This document shows, piece after piece, positions 10,901-20,904 of a stretch of DNA of 64,000 bases. Made by a program: the position numbers and the translations under genes. The notes beneath the pieces are model-generated. The model was not told the DNA's origin. It searched no databases and saw nothing but the letters and a program-made list of their open reading frames with translations. How positions within the stretch are numbered: position 1 is the first letter of the stretch; each line of letters opens with the position of its first letter. Source of the DNA: Candidatus Cacconaster stercorequi (GTDB lineage: Bacteria; Bacillota; Clostridia; Oscillospirales; Oscillospiraceae). The stretch is from assembly GCA_018064925.1 (NCBI GenBank), contig JAGHUH010000007.1, positions 6,861 through 70,860 on the forward strand, written 5' to 3'.

Positions 10901-11459
10901 TGTGTCCCTCCAGCACCAGCATTTCCAATGCCCGGTCATCTCGACCTGCACCCAGCGTTTCTGCCAGCAGCAACGCTTCGGCATCCTCCTGCTCCAGATG
11001 CTGATAAAATTCCTCCAGCACCCGGGTCAGAACACGCCGACGCAAGAGCTCTGCCTCATGCTCGTCCAGAACACGAAAATCCGGTGTCAGACTGTGGTTG
11101 TCCATTGCCGGCAGCAGATGCACATTCTCCCGCAGAAGCGATGCGCAGAACGCATCCACCGTCTTGATATCCGCCTGATAGACCCGGAACATCTGCCGGC
11201 GCAGATGGCTGTCCTCGGGATGCTCCGCCACCCGACGGCTCAGCTCCGCAGCAATCTTACTGCGCAGCTCTGCCGCCGCCGCCTTGGTATAGGTAATAAT
11301 CAGAAAGTCATCCACATGGCAGTGCTCCTGCTCCATGTAGGCAAACAGGCGCTCCACCAGCACCTTGGTCTTGCCGCTGCCTGCCGCCGCCGACACCAGC
11401 AGAGCGCCGCCCCGGTCGAATACAGCCGTGCGCTGATCATTGGTCAGTTCAATTGCCAT
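7926..11459 (-). CDS. addA: helicase-exonuclease AddAB subunit AddA
   Basis: AAAGSGKT, VDEYQDTN, VGDVKQSIYRFR, SIHSSKGLEF, YVAMTRA, C-terminal nuclease GVVD..IVDFKT. Confidence 0.95.
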   Translation of the reverse strand: MAIELTNDQRTAVFDRGGALLVSAAAGSGKTKVLVERLFAYMEQEHCHVDDFLIITYTKAAAAELRSKIAAELSRRVAEHPEDSHLRRQMFRVYQADIKTVDAFCASLLRENVHLLPAMDNHSLTPDFRVLDEHEAELLRRRVLTRVLEEFYQHLEQEDAEALLLAETLGAGRDDRALEMLVLEGHNKIQSHPYPMDYLAQVRESWENLPDDLLNSSYGKVIVDDTRRKAAFWRERLTRAAEQMADCPAVYNAYADRFLETAEQLRAYEWADSWDAMGEITPVFRRMGSVRGEENAAYKEQAQVLLKQCKTELKKMSAIYQVSQEEYLADLEEMAPAMLALIRLIGDFSDAYQREKVRRNVMDFSDQEHYAIGILRDDQGHPTELAQQVASRYREIMVDEYQDTNAVQNCIFSAVSKQEQNLFAVGDVKQSIYRFRLADPTIFLEKYTEYADAPQPDGTPRRVLLSQNFRSRQSVLSATNFVFRHMMSREMGEMEYGEEEALHFGASYYLPRTDTDTEFHLVSVENTEEEQFDRTEVEARFVAHRIRELLDEKYPVQGADGQLRAMEPEDIVILMRSPRARLNAFTHALEQENIPCSSGESENFFATMEIAVMFSFLQIIDNPRQDVPLISVLRSPLFGFTPDRLAEIRALSATGDFYDALCLDEREDAAAFRDTLDELRDAAREMPADRLLWHIYNTCHVLGIFGAMDGGQQRRNNLIALCNYAGTQPSSGRVFDFVTQLRRMLERDKQPAIAARQSGGGVRIMSIHSSKGLEFPVVILADLQKNFNTDDFKRPVLVHPKLGFGTECVDRKRHIRYDTVSKMAAELLLRRENMAEEMRILYVAMTRAKEKLILVDCMKFARTHLRNLISIADIPMPPEAVNSAKCMGDWLLLPLLCTQEGEVLRRWAEMDSGVRVSTEGGWQVSLWENPVRGEIRKAEVPAEDAGEDAAFDPSVLERVYAHQRACGIPTKITATQLKGREADREIAEGAIPHRREISFEKPKFLTGRTGLSAAERGTAMHLVMEHLNFDSDAPAAEQVQAMTERRLLTPEQAAAVDCAAIEKLLSSPLMERIRRSCKVYREYRFALLVPASLYEGGVEDEEMMLQGVVDCAFETDGGLVIVDFKTDHIRPGQEAERAEHYRPQLDAYARALSQVLEMPVKEKILYFFATETEILLK

Positions 11460-14400
11460 GGGGCGCCTCCTCTCCGTTGGTGCGATCAACAAACTGCCAA
11501 AATTCGGCAGGCGTCGTCTTTTTTAAATGGCGGGCATGATCCCGTCCCTCCTGAAAATAGCAGGCTGTGGCAAACTCGCAGTAAGTACAGGCGCTGTCCT
11601 GCGGGCCGCGGGTACAGGGATCGGCATCAATGTTCCCCCGCGCCAGCTCGTCTGCGATCTGGTGCAGCAGCTTCTCCACATATTTGCCCAGCTTGCCCCA
11701 TTGGGCAGCCGTGGCCAGACCGCCGGAGATGCTTCCGTCCTTTTTCACCTGCATGGGCAAATAGCAGGGGCTTTCCAATGCGCTGTGCTCCATGGCACGC
11801 AGCACCTCCGGTTCCTGCAGCACCATGCCGCTGCGGCGCAGCTCCTTTTCCATGGCCTCGCGCAGCTTTTCCCGGGAAATGCCCCGCTCGGTGCGCAAAA
11901 TCACATCCCGCGCCGGCATATACAGTACGCCCGCCGGCACGATGGGGTGTCCGAAATAGTCCGCACCGTGATCCTCCAGCGTGAACAGATACAACAGCAT
12001 CTGAATACTCAAGCCGTACTGCACATCCGACAGGTCAAAGGCTTTCTTTCCCGTCTTGTAGTCCACCACCCGCAAATAGAGCTTTCCGTCGTGGAGCCAG
12101 CCGTCCACGCGATCCACCTTTCCGCTGACGGACAGCGTGGTGTCACCCTCACGAATGGTGATGGCCGGCAGCTCGCCACCGCCGCCAAAGCCCAGTTCAA
12201 AGGCCATGGGCGTGAAATCGGATTCCTTCATCTCGGCGGCGATGTTCTCGATGACCGCGTAGGCCGCCGACCGCAGACGGCGGAACAGATAGCGGAACCG
12301 GGCGCTCTTTTCCTGATATTTGTCGATCTGGCAGGCCGCATATTCCTCCACATAGTGATCCACCAGCCGCCGCAGCTCCGGCTCCTCCACTGTTCCGTAG
12401 CCGCCCTGCGCCATCACATCCCGATTGACATTCTCCAGCAGATAGTGGATAAATGTCCCGATCTCCGGCGCTTCAAAGCCGGCGCTCCGGCGCTCCTTTG
12501 CCCGGAGTCCGTATTCCATGAAATAGCCGAAATGGCAGCTTTTTACCTGATTCATCCGGGACGCGGACATCCGGATGGTCTTGCCGTACAGTGCCTGCAC
12601 AGCAGCGGGTGACAGGCGTCCGCGTTCCATGTGCCGGGCGCGCTCCATCCCCGCCAGTACCGGCGCATATTGACCGGACGCGGCAAAATACTGCCGCAGC
12701 GTCCCTTCCCGTCCTGCCAGCTCCAGCGCCGTAACCGGCATCGTCAGCAGATAGTCCTGCGTTTCCCGCTCCGGTGTCACCTCGGGGAACAGTTTGCGGA
12801 TACGCTCCACCGGAAAGGCCGGGCGCAGCTCGCCGCCGGACACATCGGTCACAGGCCAGCTGATCTGCAATCCCTCGGTGGCCTGTGCAAGGCAGGCATA
12901 GATATTCTGCATCTCGTTGTCCAGCGTGTCAAAGGTGGCATCCGCCAGCATAATTTCACGCTGCTGCAGCGCCTCCCGTGCCTCGTCGTCCAGAATGCCG
13001 CCGCCCGTGGTGACCTGAGGCAGCAGATGGTCGTTGCACCCCAGCAGGAACAGATATTTCACCGTATGGCGGTCGTTGCGGCTCAACTCGCTGACCTTCA
13101 CCTGATCCAGCGTAGCAGGGATAGTGCCCACGCTGTACTCCGTCAGCACCAGACGCAGCAGACGGGCAAATTCCTCGCCGTCCACCTCACTCTCGCCCAA
13201 AATCTTCACCATCTGATCCAGCACATCGCAGAAGATCTGCCACAGTTGTGCGTTTTCCTCCGCCAACTGTACCTCGCCTGCCGCAAGCAGTGCGTCCGCG
13301 CGTTTTTCCAGCGTCTGCGGCACACCTGCCATGTCTGCAAATCTGTAAAGTATTTCTGCTTTATCCTGCATGGAAGAGGCGAACTTCATCCCGTCACTTA
13401 AGTACAAAAGCGGCTGACGCACCTTTTCGCGGATGCGGTTGATCTCTTCCAGACGATCTGCTCGATCCGGCGTCAGCTCTACGCCGTAACCGTCGGGATT
13501 GGCCGTCCATGGTGCCTCGCGCAGCCACATATTGCCTCGGATCTCCCATGTGATCGCGTAGTTTTCCAACAGGTCGCATTCCTGCTCCGTAATGCCCGCC
13601 AGACCCGTTTTCAGATAGCGGAACATATCCTCATATTCAAAGCCGCCGGTGACGGCATCCACGGCACTCAGCAGCATACGCAGGGGGGCTTTCTCCAAAA
13701 TATCACTGCGGTGGCTGTAATAGGCCGGGACTCCGCTGCGCTCAAAGATCGTTTCCACCAGCGGCCCGTACAGCTCCATGCTGCGGGCGGTCACGCAGAT
13801 GTCCCGGAAGCGGCACTTGCCGCTGTGCACCAGTTCCAAAACGCGGCTGGCCATATACTCCACCTCGGTAAACGCTGTCCCCGCCTCGTACAGTTTGATC
13901 TGATGCGCATCGCCCTCCCAAATGGCATCCGCGCCGAAAAAGTGTCGCTCCAGATGCTGCAGAGCCGTATCGCAGGGGGCGGTCATCCACACGATCTCGC
14001 AGGGAACGCCCGCCTCTCTCGCCATGCGCTCCAGCCGCTGACGCTGACGCACGGCGTTTTCAAACAGGGTATCGTTGCCTTTCTCGCCCAGCAGCGTCAC
14101 GGTCACGCTGTTGGCCTGCTGCAGCATACAGCGGAGGATGCTCTCCTCCGTCTTATTAAAATAGGCAAACCCGTCGAAATAGATATCTTTCCCCCGAAGA
14201 TAGTCCGACTGCCCCAATGCGTCCCGCAGCTTCTGCACCCGGGAACGGGCATCGCTGCCGTCAGCGTGGAGTCGGGCATCGTAGGCGGCATACAAAAGCG
14301 CCACATCCCGCAGCTTGTCGCCCATGGCGCCCTCCACCTCGGAAACCTGCTCATACAGCGTTTCCGGGGCAATTTCATAGGCGTAAAACTCGTCCATCAG

Positions 14401-14760
14401 TTCCGTGAGCTGGCGCAAAAATGCGGCGCGCTGGGACGGACGGCCAAACACCTTCAGCGCGGTATGTACCTCCTGCAGAGCAAGCCGCATAGTCAGCAGC
14501 TTACCGCCGTTATCCAATGCCACATCCGCCAGACCGCCGGTCTGCGACAGCACACGCGTCGCCAGATTGCGGAAGCTCAATACCTCTGCGTCGCGCGAGG
14601 CCGTGGCCCCCAGCGCATGGCACAGATCCACCTCCGCCTCATGGGATACATGCTCCGGCACCATCAAAATCTGCGGACGCTCCCCGCGATGTGCCGCCAT
14701 GGTGTTCAGCACCCGGGCAGATTTTCCGCTGCCGGCGCGGCCAATCCAAATTGACAGCAT
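11449..14760 (-). CDS. addB: helicase-exonuclease AddAB subunit AddB
   Basis: GRAGSGKS, GKVDRVD..VVDYKTG nuclease, C-terminal CTYCEFATAC Fe-S motif; overlaps addA start. Confidence 0.92.
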   Translation of the reverse strand: MLSIWIGRAGSGKSARVLNTMAAHRGERPQILMVPEHVSHEAEVDLCHALGATASRDAEVLSFRNLATRVLSQTGGLADVALDNGGKLLTMRLALQEVHTALKVFGRPSQRAAFLRQLTELMDEFYAYEIAPETLYEQVSEVEGAMGDKLRDVALLYAAYDARLHADGSDARSRVQKLRDALGQSDYLRGKDIYFDGFAYFNKTEESILRCMLQQANSVTVTLLGEKGNDTLFENAVRQRQRLERMAREAGVPCEIVWMTAPCDTALQHLERHFFGADAIWEGDAHQIKLYEAGTAFTEVEYMASRVLELVHSGKCRFRDICVTARSMELYGPLVETIFERSGVPAYYSHRSDILEKAPLRMLLSAVDAVTGGFEYEDMFRYLKTGLAGITEQECDLLENYAITWEIRGNMWLREAPWTANPDGYGVELTPDRADRLEEINRIREKVRQPLLYLSDGMKFASSMQDKAEILYRFADMAGVPQTLEKRADALLAAGEVQLAEENAQLWQIFCDVLDQMVKILGESEVDGEEFARLLRLVLTEYSVGTIPATLDQVKVSELSRNDRHTVKYLFLLGCNDHLLPQVTTGGGILDDEAREALQQREIMLADATFDTLDNEMQNIYACLAQATEGLQISWPVTDVSGGELRPAFPVERIRKLFPEVTPERETQDYLLTMPVTALELAGREGTLRQYFAASGQYAPVLAGMERARHMERGRLSPAAVQALYGKTIRMSASRMNQVKSCHFGYFMEYGLRAKERRSAGFEAPEIGTFIHYLLENVNRDVMAQGGYGTVEEPELRRLVDHYVEEYAACQIDKYQEKSARFRYLFRRLRSAAYAVIENIAAEMKESDFTPMAFELGFGGGGELPAITIREGDTTLSVSGKVDRVDGWLHDGKLYLRVVDYKTGKKAFDLSDVQYGLSIQMLLYLFTLEDHGADYFGHPIVPAGVLYMPARDVILRTERGISREKLREAMEKELRRSGMVLQEPEVLRAMEHSALESPCYLPMQVKKDGSISGGLATAAQWGKLGKYVEKLLHQIADELARGNIDADPCTRGPQDSACTYCEFATACYFQEGRDHARHLKKTTPAEFWQFVDRTNGEEAPHGN

Positions 14761-14897
14761 GGCGTTCCCCTCCTTTGCTGCGGACAGTATAACGCAAGCA
14801 CTGTCCGAAAATCCTCTCTGAACGATATTATATCGCAACTTCCCCCGCTTGCATAGAGGAAAAGCGCCTCCGAACTTTGGTCCGAAGGCGCCCTTAT

Positions 14898-15518
14898 TCA
14901 CTTTTGCAGCCATTGGCGCAGACTTTCCCACAGCTCCAACGAGCGGAAACGCAGCACATACCCCGTGTCCTCCTCGGTGATCAGCGCAAGGTCATCCTCG
15001 CCCAATCCCGCGGCAACGGCGGTTTCTTTCAGATCGGCGGCAGCGGCGGTACACAGCGGCGGATACACCACACACCACCAGTTATGGCCACCGCCCTCAC
15101 CGATGACAATGCGCAAAGCCAGATACTTTCCGCCCGGCAGCGAGAAGCCATCGTACTCTTTTAAGGGGAATTCGCTCTCCTCCAACCGGGCCGATACGGT
15201 ATAATGATACCCCTGTTCTTCAATCTCCCCACCGGCCAGACGCTGAATTTGCGGCAAGGCACCGTCCAAGCGTTGCTTTGCATCCTCCATATCCTTCGAC
15301 GATTGCAGCACAGATGTCGTAAAGTCTAACACCTTGTCACGCACCTGTAGCTTCAACGCCTGATCCGCTGCGGAATCCGAGTTGGCAATCACATGGAGCC
15401 GTATCATTTTCTGCGCCAGTGCATCCTGTCGCTGCAGCGACCAGCTTCCCCACAGCAGCGTCACCGCCAATGCCAGCAGCAGAGCAATTTCCATGGGTTT
15501 ATATACATCCTTTCTCAT
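14898..15518 (-). CDS. spoIIR: stage II sporulation protein R
   Basis: IRLHVIANSDS..DQALKLQVRD, GHNWWCVVYPPLC. Confidence 0.93.
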   Translation of the reverse strand: MRKDVYKPMEIALLLALAVTLLWGSWSLQRQDALAQKMIRLHVIANSDSAADQALKLQVRDKVLDFTTSVLQSSKDMEDAKQRLDGALPQIQRLAGGEIEEQGYHYTVSARLEESEFPLKEYDGFSLPGGKYLALRIVIGEGGGHNWWCVVYPPLCTAAAADLKETAVAAGLGEDDLALITEEDTGYVLRFRSLELWESLRQWLQK

Positions 15519-15575
15519 AAAAAAACACCGTCCACTATGTAGATTTTCCTACATCATGGACGGTATTGTCAGATT

Positions 15576-16427
15576 TTATACACTCTGCGCCAAAAAAGTG
15601 CGGGGCCAGCGCTTGCAAGCCGTTTCATACGCCGCCTGTGCCGCGGCCTGATCCGCAAACAGCCCAAACACGGCGCTGCCGCTGCCGGACATCATCGCCC
15701 CCAATGCGCCGCACCGCAGCAGCAACGCCCGGATGGCCGGAATTTCACTGCTCTCCGGCAGCACATCTTCAAAAGTGTTATAGAGATTTTCCGCCATGGC
15801 GTTCAGATCGCCTGCGGTCAACGCTACCGTCATCTGCACCGTGGTATGGCGGCGTATCGGGTTCAGGCGGTCAATGGCGCCGTACATGGCGCCGGTAGGA
15901 TGCGCCTCCCGGGGCTTGACGATAACATACCAGCAGTTCAGCATATCCGGCAGGGTCTCCATTTTTTCGCCCCGCCCCTCGCAGCGGGCCGTGCCGCCCC
16001 GGACGCAAAACGGGACATCGCTGCCCAGCTCTGCGCCCAGTTCCTCCAGCGTTTCCGTTGCCACTTCCGGTGCGTACAGGTTCCGCAGAGCACGCAGTAC
16101 CGCCGCAGCATCGGCACTGCCGCCGCCCAGACCTGCCTGCATGGGGATCTTTTTTTGCAGATGGATCCTCACGCCAGGGCAGACCATATTCGCCGCATCA
16201 AAAAACACGCTTGCCGCCCGCCATGCCAGATTGCTCTCGTCGCAGGGCAGCGCGGCGTCATCACAGGTCACCGCAATGCACCCGTCGCCGGTTTCCTCCA
16301 CGGTCACCGTATCGTACAGCCCCGCGCAGGTCATAATGCTGACGAGATCATGGTATCCGTCCGGGCGCTTCTGCCCAATTTCCAATGTCAGATTCAACTT
16401 GGCCGGAGCCAGTTCCGTGATGATCAT
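15576..16427 (-). CDS. ispE: 4-diphosphocytidyl-2-C-methyl-D-erythritol kinase
   Basis: APAKLNLTL, IPMQAGLGGGSADAA, GSDVPF, MSGSGS. Confidence 0.95.
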   Translation of the reverse strand: MIITELAPAKLNLTLEIGQKRPDGYHDLVSIMTCAGLYDTVTVEETGDGCIAVTCDDAALPCDESNLAWRAASVFFDAANMVCPGVRIHLQKKIPMQAGLGGGSADAAAVLRALRNLYAPEVATETLEELGAELGSDVPFCVRGGTARCEGRGEKMETLPDMLNCWYVIVKPREAHPTGAMYGAIDRLNPIRRHTTVQMTVALTAGDLNAMAENLYNTFEDVLPESSEIPAIRALLLRCGALGAMMSGSGSAVFGLFADQAAAQAAYETACKRWPRTFLAQSV

Positions 16428-16756
16428 TCCGCATCCTCCCCGTCAAACTCCTGCTCCACAGCATTCCTAACGGGAACATCAATGAACAGCACCGCCGCCG
16501 CCATGACCACCAACAGCACGCCCAGTAAGATATACTGCCCGGTGGTGCTCATCATGCGGGTGGAGCGCATCAGCATGAAGCAAAGCGCCGCAAACAGCAG
16601 TCCCATCTGCCAGAGCAAACGGTAAAAGGCCTTGGCTGCACAGCTTTGCTTCTCCGCCGGCCAGTCGGTATGCTTTTTATAGGGCGGAAGATGCACCAAT
16701 CCGCAGAAAAAAACAAGCAGCGCTGCCAGAAAACCCGGCCACCAGATATAGAACAT
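16424..16756 (-). CDS. small membrane protein (3 TM), coupled to ispE
   Basis: hydrophobic segments, GAGG RBS, stop overlaps ispE start. Confidence 0.65.
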   Translation of the reverse strand: MFYIWWPGFLAALLVFFCGLVHLPPYKKHTDWPAEKQSCAAKAFYRLLWQMGLLFAALCFMLMRSTRMMSTTGQYILLGVLLVVMAAAVLFIDVPVRNAVEQEFDGEDAE

Positions 16757-16837
16757 GGCGTTCACCTCACAAAAAATAGAGCCGCTGAAAATATTCAGCG
16801 GCTCTATTATACGATACATTTCGCGGAATTTCTACCC

Positions 16838-18130
16838 TTACTTTACGATCTTGCGTGCCTCGATATAGTAACGCTTATCCTGCGCGTGGCCCATGGAGAA
16901 GGTCTTGCGGGGCAGTACGCCGTCTGCCATGACGGTCTTGAAGAGCTGATCCTTGCCCATGGCAGGCAGCAGGAAGCCCATGTTGCCCTGCTTCATGCCC
17001 AGCTCGCGGGTGACCTCGTCGCCGTGGATATAGTCCACTTCCACATCAGGATGTGCCTTCAGATAGGCATCCATGAACACCTGCAGCGTGGCAACGGCCA
17101 GCTGCTTGGTGGGATGAGGCACGGTGTAGAAGGTATCCTTGCCGTTCCAGCAGATCTCGATGGTATGGCCTTCGCCCTTGCCCTCGTACAGATCGGGATA
17201 TTCCTTCTTGAATGCGGCCATGAAGTCCTCCACATCCACATTGAACAGCACGCGGTGGATGGGCTCAAACTGCAGGGCATCGTCGTGGTTATTGACCACT
17301 TCCACCAGCGCGTAGCGGGCAGGCAGAGCCAGATATTCCTCGGGGGTCTTGCCCTTCTTCTGCTCCTCATAGCAGGCCTTGGCAGTGGCCAGAGAGTGGT
17401 TGCCGTCGCCCACGGCAAACAGCAGAGGTGCTGCGCCGGAGATGTTGTACTTGGCCATCTGCACCTCGTCGGAGCACAGGCCGATCAGAGCATCTGCCAC
17501 GGCGTCGATCTGGGCGTCGGACAGCTTGAAGCCCTTGATATGGCCGCCCTTCTGCATCAGGTCAAAGTCATACAGCACATCCATCTTGTCTGCGGCTGCG
17601 GTCAGAGGCTCGATGACGGTCTTTTCCGCATCGTCGATCAGCAGCATCACATGGGGCAACTCGATGGGAGCGTTGCGGCGCACGCGGGCACGGGGCGGAA
17701 TACGCTCCTGCACGGTGGCCTCGGTAGCGCGAATCAGAGCGCCGCTGCCGGGGGTGAAATCATAGGTATCCAGATCCACCATACCGATGAGGCCGTGACG
17801 GATCTTGCCGTCGGACTGCTCACGCTCGATATAGATCAGGGAATCGCTCAGCGTCTCGAAAACGCCGTCGGCGAGATACTGATTCATGGATGCGTTGATG
17901 TCGGCAATAAACTCATCCACCTTGGGAGACTTCAGGTTAGCCTCGGGCAGGATCAGACGCAGGGTCGAGGGTGCCTCACCCACCTGATTCTCCACAGCCT
18001 GCCAGTACTCCGGCTCGGAAGTAAACTGGTCGCAGGCAACCACAGCCCACTTATTCATATCCTGATCTTTGGGCAGCAGGATGTCGGTAGGATAAAAGCC
18101 CAGCTTTTCAAACTTCTTGTTCATGGTCAT
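16838..18130 (-). CDS. DUF1015 family protein
   Basis: WAVVACDQFTS, IRATEAT, FAVGDGNHSLATAK, LPRKTFSMG. Confidence 0.85.
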   Translation of the reverse strand: MTMNKKFEKLGFYPTDILLPKDQDMNKWAVVACDQFTSEPEYWQAVENQVGEAPSTLRLILPEANLKSPKVDEFIADINASMNQYLADGVFETLSDSLIYIEREQSDGKIRHGLIGMVDLDTYDFTPGSGALIRATEATVQERIPPRARVRRNAPIELPHVMLLIDDAEKTVIEPLTAAADKMDVLYDFDLMQKGGHIKGFKLSDAQIDAVADALIGLCSDEVQMAKYNISGAAPLLFAVGDGNHSLATAKACYEEQKKGKTPEEYLALPARYALVEVVNNHDDALQFEPIHRVLFNVDVEDFMAAFKKEYPDLYEGKGEGHTIEICWNGKDTFYTVPHPTKQLAVATLQVFMDAYLKAHPDVEVDYIHGDEVTRELGMKQGNMGFLLPAMGKDQLFKTVMADGVLPRKTFSMGHAQDKRYYIEARKIVK

Positions 18131-18347
18131 CCTCCTAATTATTTTATCATTTCATCATGCGGTATCTTCCATTGCTTCCTTCTCTTGGTTATTATACACA
18201 ATGCTCCGCCTCATTTCAATGACGATTGTAAATTTTTTCTTACAATTTTTCAGTTTTCCAAACACTTTTTTCGGATGTATACTTTTCCGCGGCGTTGGTT
18301 ATCCTATGGTCAGCATCCTAATCTTCAAACGAGACGGAGGTCTTCCC

Positions 18348-18548
18348 ATGAAAGTTATTGATCGGATCTCACTGATCCTGGTGATCGTCGGCGCTCTGAA
18401 CTGGGGCAGCGTAGGCCTGTTTGGTTTTGACTGCGTGGCCTTTCTGTTCGGCGGTCAGATGGGCACCATCAGCCGCATCATCTACTCTCTGGTCGGTATT
18501 GCAGGTCTGTGGTGCATCACCCTGCTGTTCCGTGAACGGGACGAATAA
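18348..18548 (+). CDS. DUF378 family small membrane protein
   Basis: LVIVGALNWG..G.F.FD.V...FG...SRIIYSLVG; GGAGG RBS. Confidence 0.85.
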   Translation: MKVIDRISLILVIVGALNWGSVGLFGFDCVAFLFGGQMGTISRIIYSLVGIAGLWCITLLFRERDE

Positions 18549-18593
18549 GGGAACAAAAAATGACTCTGCCAATGGCAGAGTCATTTTTCTGTA

Positions 18594-19139
18594 TCATTTT
18601 ATTTCGCAAACTTTTCCGTCTACCACCGTAAGATATGGATTTGACTCACTGATATCGTATATATACTCCACCTTGTAGTAAACATCCTGCTGGCCGGTTT
18701 CATCCTCTCGTCCGAAGAAGGTGGCCGATCCGTCGGAGAAACTTGTCTCATCCTCATATTCTTTCACATGCGGCCCGATATGAATAGTAAATGTATACGC
18801 AGCATATTCCGTGTCCGTCACAAGGTTCTCGTCGTATGTGACAAATGCGCAGTCATCATCGTTTGGAATATCATATTCCTCCGGCAAGACGATTGAAAAG
18901 GGCGCAGGCACTCCTCTGCCATAAACTCCTCCAACAGAGGCGATGCGTTTCCCGTTGTATTCTTCCGGAATATAAATGTCCATGTGCTCTGCATTTCCAT
19001 CCCATGTATAGGAAATTGGAAAGTATGCATTCGGGATCCTTGAATGGCCATACAAAAACTGCCCATCCTCCACGGTTTCATAGGCACTCGTAAAAAGTGA
19101 CAGTATTAAAAAGAAAATCATGGAAATTTCTTTCATCAT
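18594..19139 (-). CDS. hypothetical exported acidic protein
   Basis: 181-aa ORF with hydrophobic N-terminus, GGAAGG RBS, AT-richer than flanks. Confidence 0.6.
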   Translation of the reverse strand: MMKEISMIFFLILSLFTSAYETVEDGQFLYGHSRIPNAYFPISYTWDGNAEHMDIYIPEEYNGKRIASVGGVYGRGVPAPFSIVLPEEYDIPNDDDCAFVTYDENLVTDTEYAAYTFTIHIGPHVKEYEDETSFSDGSATFFGREDETGQQDVYYKVEYIYDISESNPYLTVVDGKVCEIK

Positions 19140-19164
19140 ACACCTTCCCTGTCAAAAAAGCAGA

Positions 19165-20904
19165 TCATTTCACCCTCAACTTCTTCACCAGCTCTTCGTC
19201 CGGTGCCACGGTCACGGTCTGATAGGTGGTGTAAACCACCATGCCGGGTCGACTGCCGTTGGGCTTCTTCACGAACTTCACCGGCGTATAGTCCACCGGC
19301 ACCTTGCCGCTCTCCCGGCCCTGGGAATAGTAGGCCGCCAGCTGCGCCGCCTCAAAAACGCTCTGCGCATCGGCTTCGCCGCCCTCGGTACATAAAATCA
19401 CATGGGAGCCGTGGATTTTCTGGGTATGGAGCCAGAGATCCCACTTCTGCGCGGTTTTGGTGGTGAGCTTGTCGTTCTGGGCGTTATTGCGGCCCACCAA
19501 AATCCGCAGTCCTGCTGTGGAGCAGAACTCCCGGGGACGGGACGCACGGTTGAAGCCGCCGCCCTTTTTGCCGCGGGTGCGGATATAACCGCCCGCTGTC
19601 AGCTCGGCGCGAATATCATTGAAGTCCTGCTCGCTCTCCGCCTGACGAAGCTCCTGCAGCACACTCTCCAGATAGGAAAGCTCTTCTCTGCCCTTATGAA
19701 GCTGCTCCGTTAGCATCTTTTCCGCCGTTTTGGCCTTGGTGTACTGCTTGAAATATTTGGCAGCGTTCTGTTGCGGCGAAAGCAACGGATCCAGACGGAT
19801 TTCAATGAGCGGGCAGCCGTCCTCGTAGTAATTCTCCGCCTTCAAACGCGCCATGCCCCGCTCCATGCGGTAGAGGTTGGCGGTGATCAGCTCGCCGCAG
19901 ATGCGGTACTGATCCCGGTTCTGGGTAGCTGCGTATTCCTTCTCCTGCAGGGCGATCTTGCGGCGGACACGGTCACGGGCAGAAGTGGCGGTTTTCAGCA
20001 GATCCTGCCCCTTCTGGCGCACGCGATCCGCCTGCTCCCGCCCCTCATAGAAGGCATCCAGCAGTTCGCTGAAGCTGTCAAACGGTTTTTGCTCGGCATA
20101 AGTGCCGTACTGCGAAATAGCGCAATAGGAGTAGTCCGTCCACCGATTATCTCTTTTAATTGCAACTGGTGTAAAGTTATTTCCCTGCACAGCTTTCTGC
20201 CACATAGCAAAGCTGTCCCACAGCTGTTCTCTGCCCGTTTCTCCACGGAAATCCGTCACGCCGAACGCATGGCTCACAATCTCCCGGGAAATAAGCGGAG
20301 AGATGGCGGTAAAGGTGTCCAGCAGCCAGCCGTCCAGTGCCCGCTCCGCCGGACAGCGGGACAGAAGGCGCATAAATTCCTCCCGCTCCACTGAAAGGGG
20401 TGACAGTTTATCCTGCTTCGGCGGCAGATGATAGTAAAGCCCCGGCAGCACCTGACGCGCCTCGGACATCTCAAAATCCACCCGGCGCATACACTCAATG
20501 ATGCGTCCGTCACGGTCGCATAAAATCAGATTGGAGTGGCGGCCCATGGACTCCAGAATCAGGCGGAAGCAGCTCTCCTCGCCCATTTCGTCCAACGCCT
20601 CCACCGTCAAGGTAACCACGCGCTCCAGTGGCTCCTGATGCACCGCAGCAATACGGCCGCCGCCCAGATGCTTGCGCAGCAGCATACAGAACATGGGCGG
20701 CTGGGAGGGATTATCCCGCAGCTGCTGCGTCAGATGGATGCGCGGCTGATTGGCGCCGGCATTCAGCAGCAGCCGGCGGCTGCCACGCAGCAACAGAATG
20801 ATCTGATCTCGGGCGGGCTGCTGGATCTTTTCGATCCGCGTGCCTACGATCTGGGGGGCGATTTCATTCACCACCGCCTGCAAACAGATGGCATCCAGCG
20901 GCAT
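19165..20904 (-). CDS. rqcH: ribosome quality control protein RqcH (FbpA/NFACT)
   Basis: MPLDA, FCMLLRKHL, MGRHSNLIL, VGRNNAQND, HGSHV, VDYT..K.VKKP. Confidence 0.92.
   Translation of the reverse strand: MPLDAICLQAVVNEIAPQIVGTRIEKIQQPARDQIILLLRGSRRLLLNAGANQPRIHLTQQLRDNPSQPPMFCMLLRKHLGGGRIAAVHQEPLERVVTLTVEALDEMGEESCFRLILESMGRHSNLILCDRDGRIIECMRRVDFEMSEARQVLPGLYYHLPPKQDKLSPLSVEREEFMRLLSRCPAERALDGWLLDTFTAISPLISREIVSHAFGVTDFRGETGREQLWDSFAMWQKAVQGNNFTPVAIKRDNRWTDYSYCAISQYGTYAEQKPFDSFSELLDAFYEGREQADRVRQKGQDLLKTATSARDRVRRKIALQEKEYAATQNRDQYRICGELITANLYRMERGMARLKAENYYEDGCPLIEIRLDPLLSPQQNAAKYFKQYTKAKTAEKMLTEQLHKGREELSYLESVLQELRQAESEQDFNDIRAELTAGGYIRTRGKKGGGFNRASRPREFCSTAGLRILVGRNNAQNDKLTTKTAQKWDLWLHTQKIHGSHVILCTEGGEADAQSVFEAAQLAAYYSQGRESGKVPVDYTPVKFVKKPNGSRPGMVVYTTYQTVTVAPDEELVKKLRVK

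Noticed and set aside
11449-14760. AddB nuclease with Fe-S cysteines as Cas4 or a defence nuclease
   Set aside because: Full-length AddB coupled to AddA; ordinary recombination repair.
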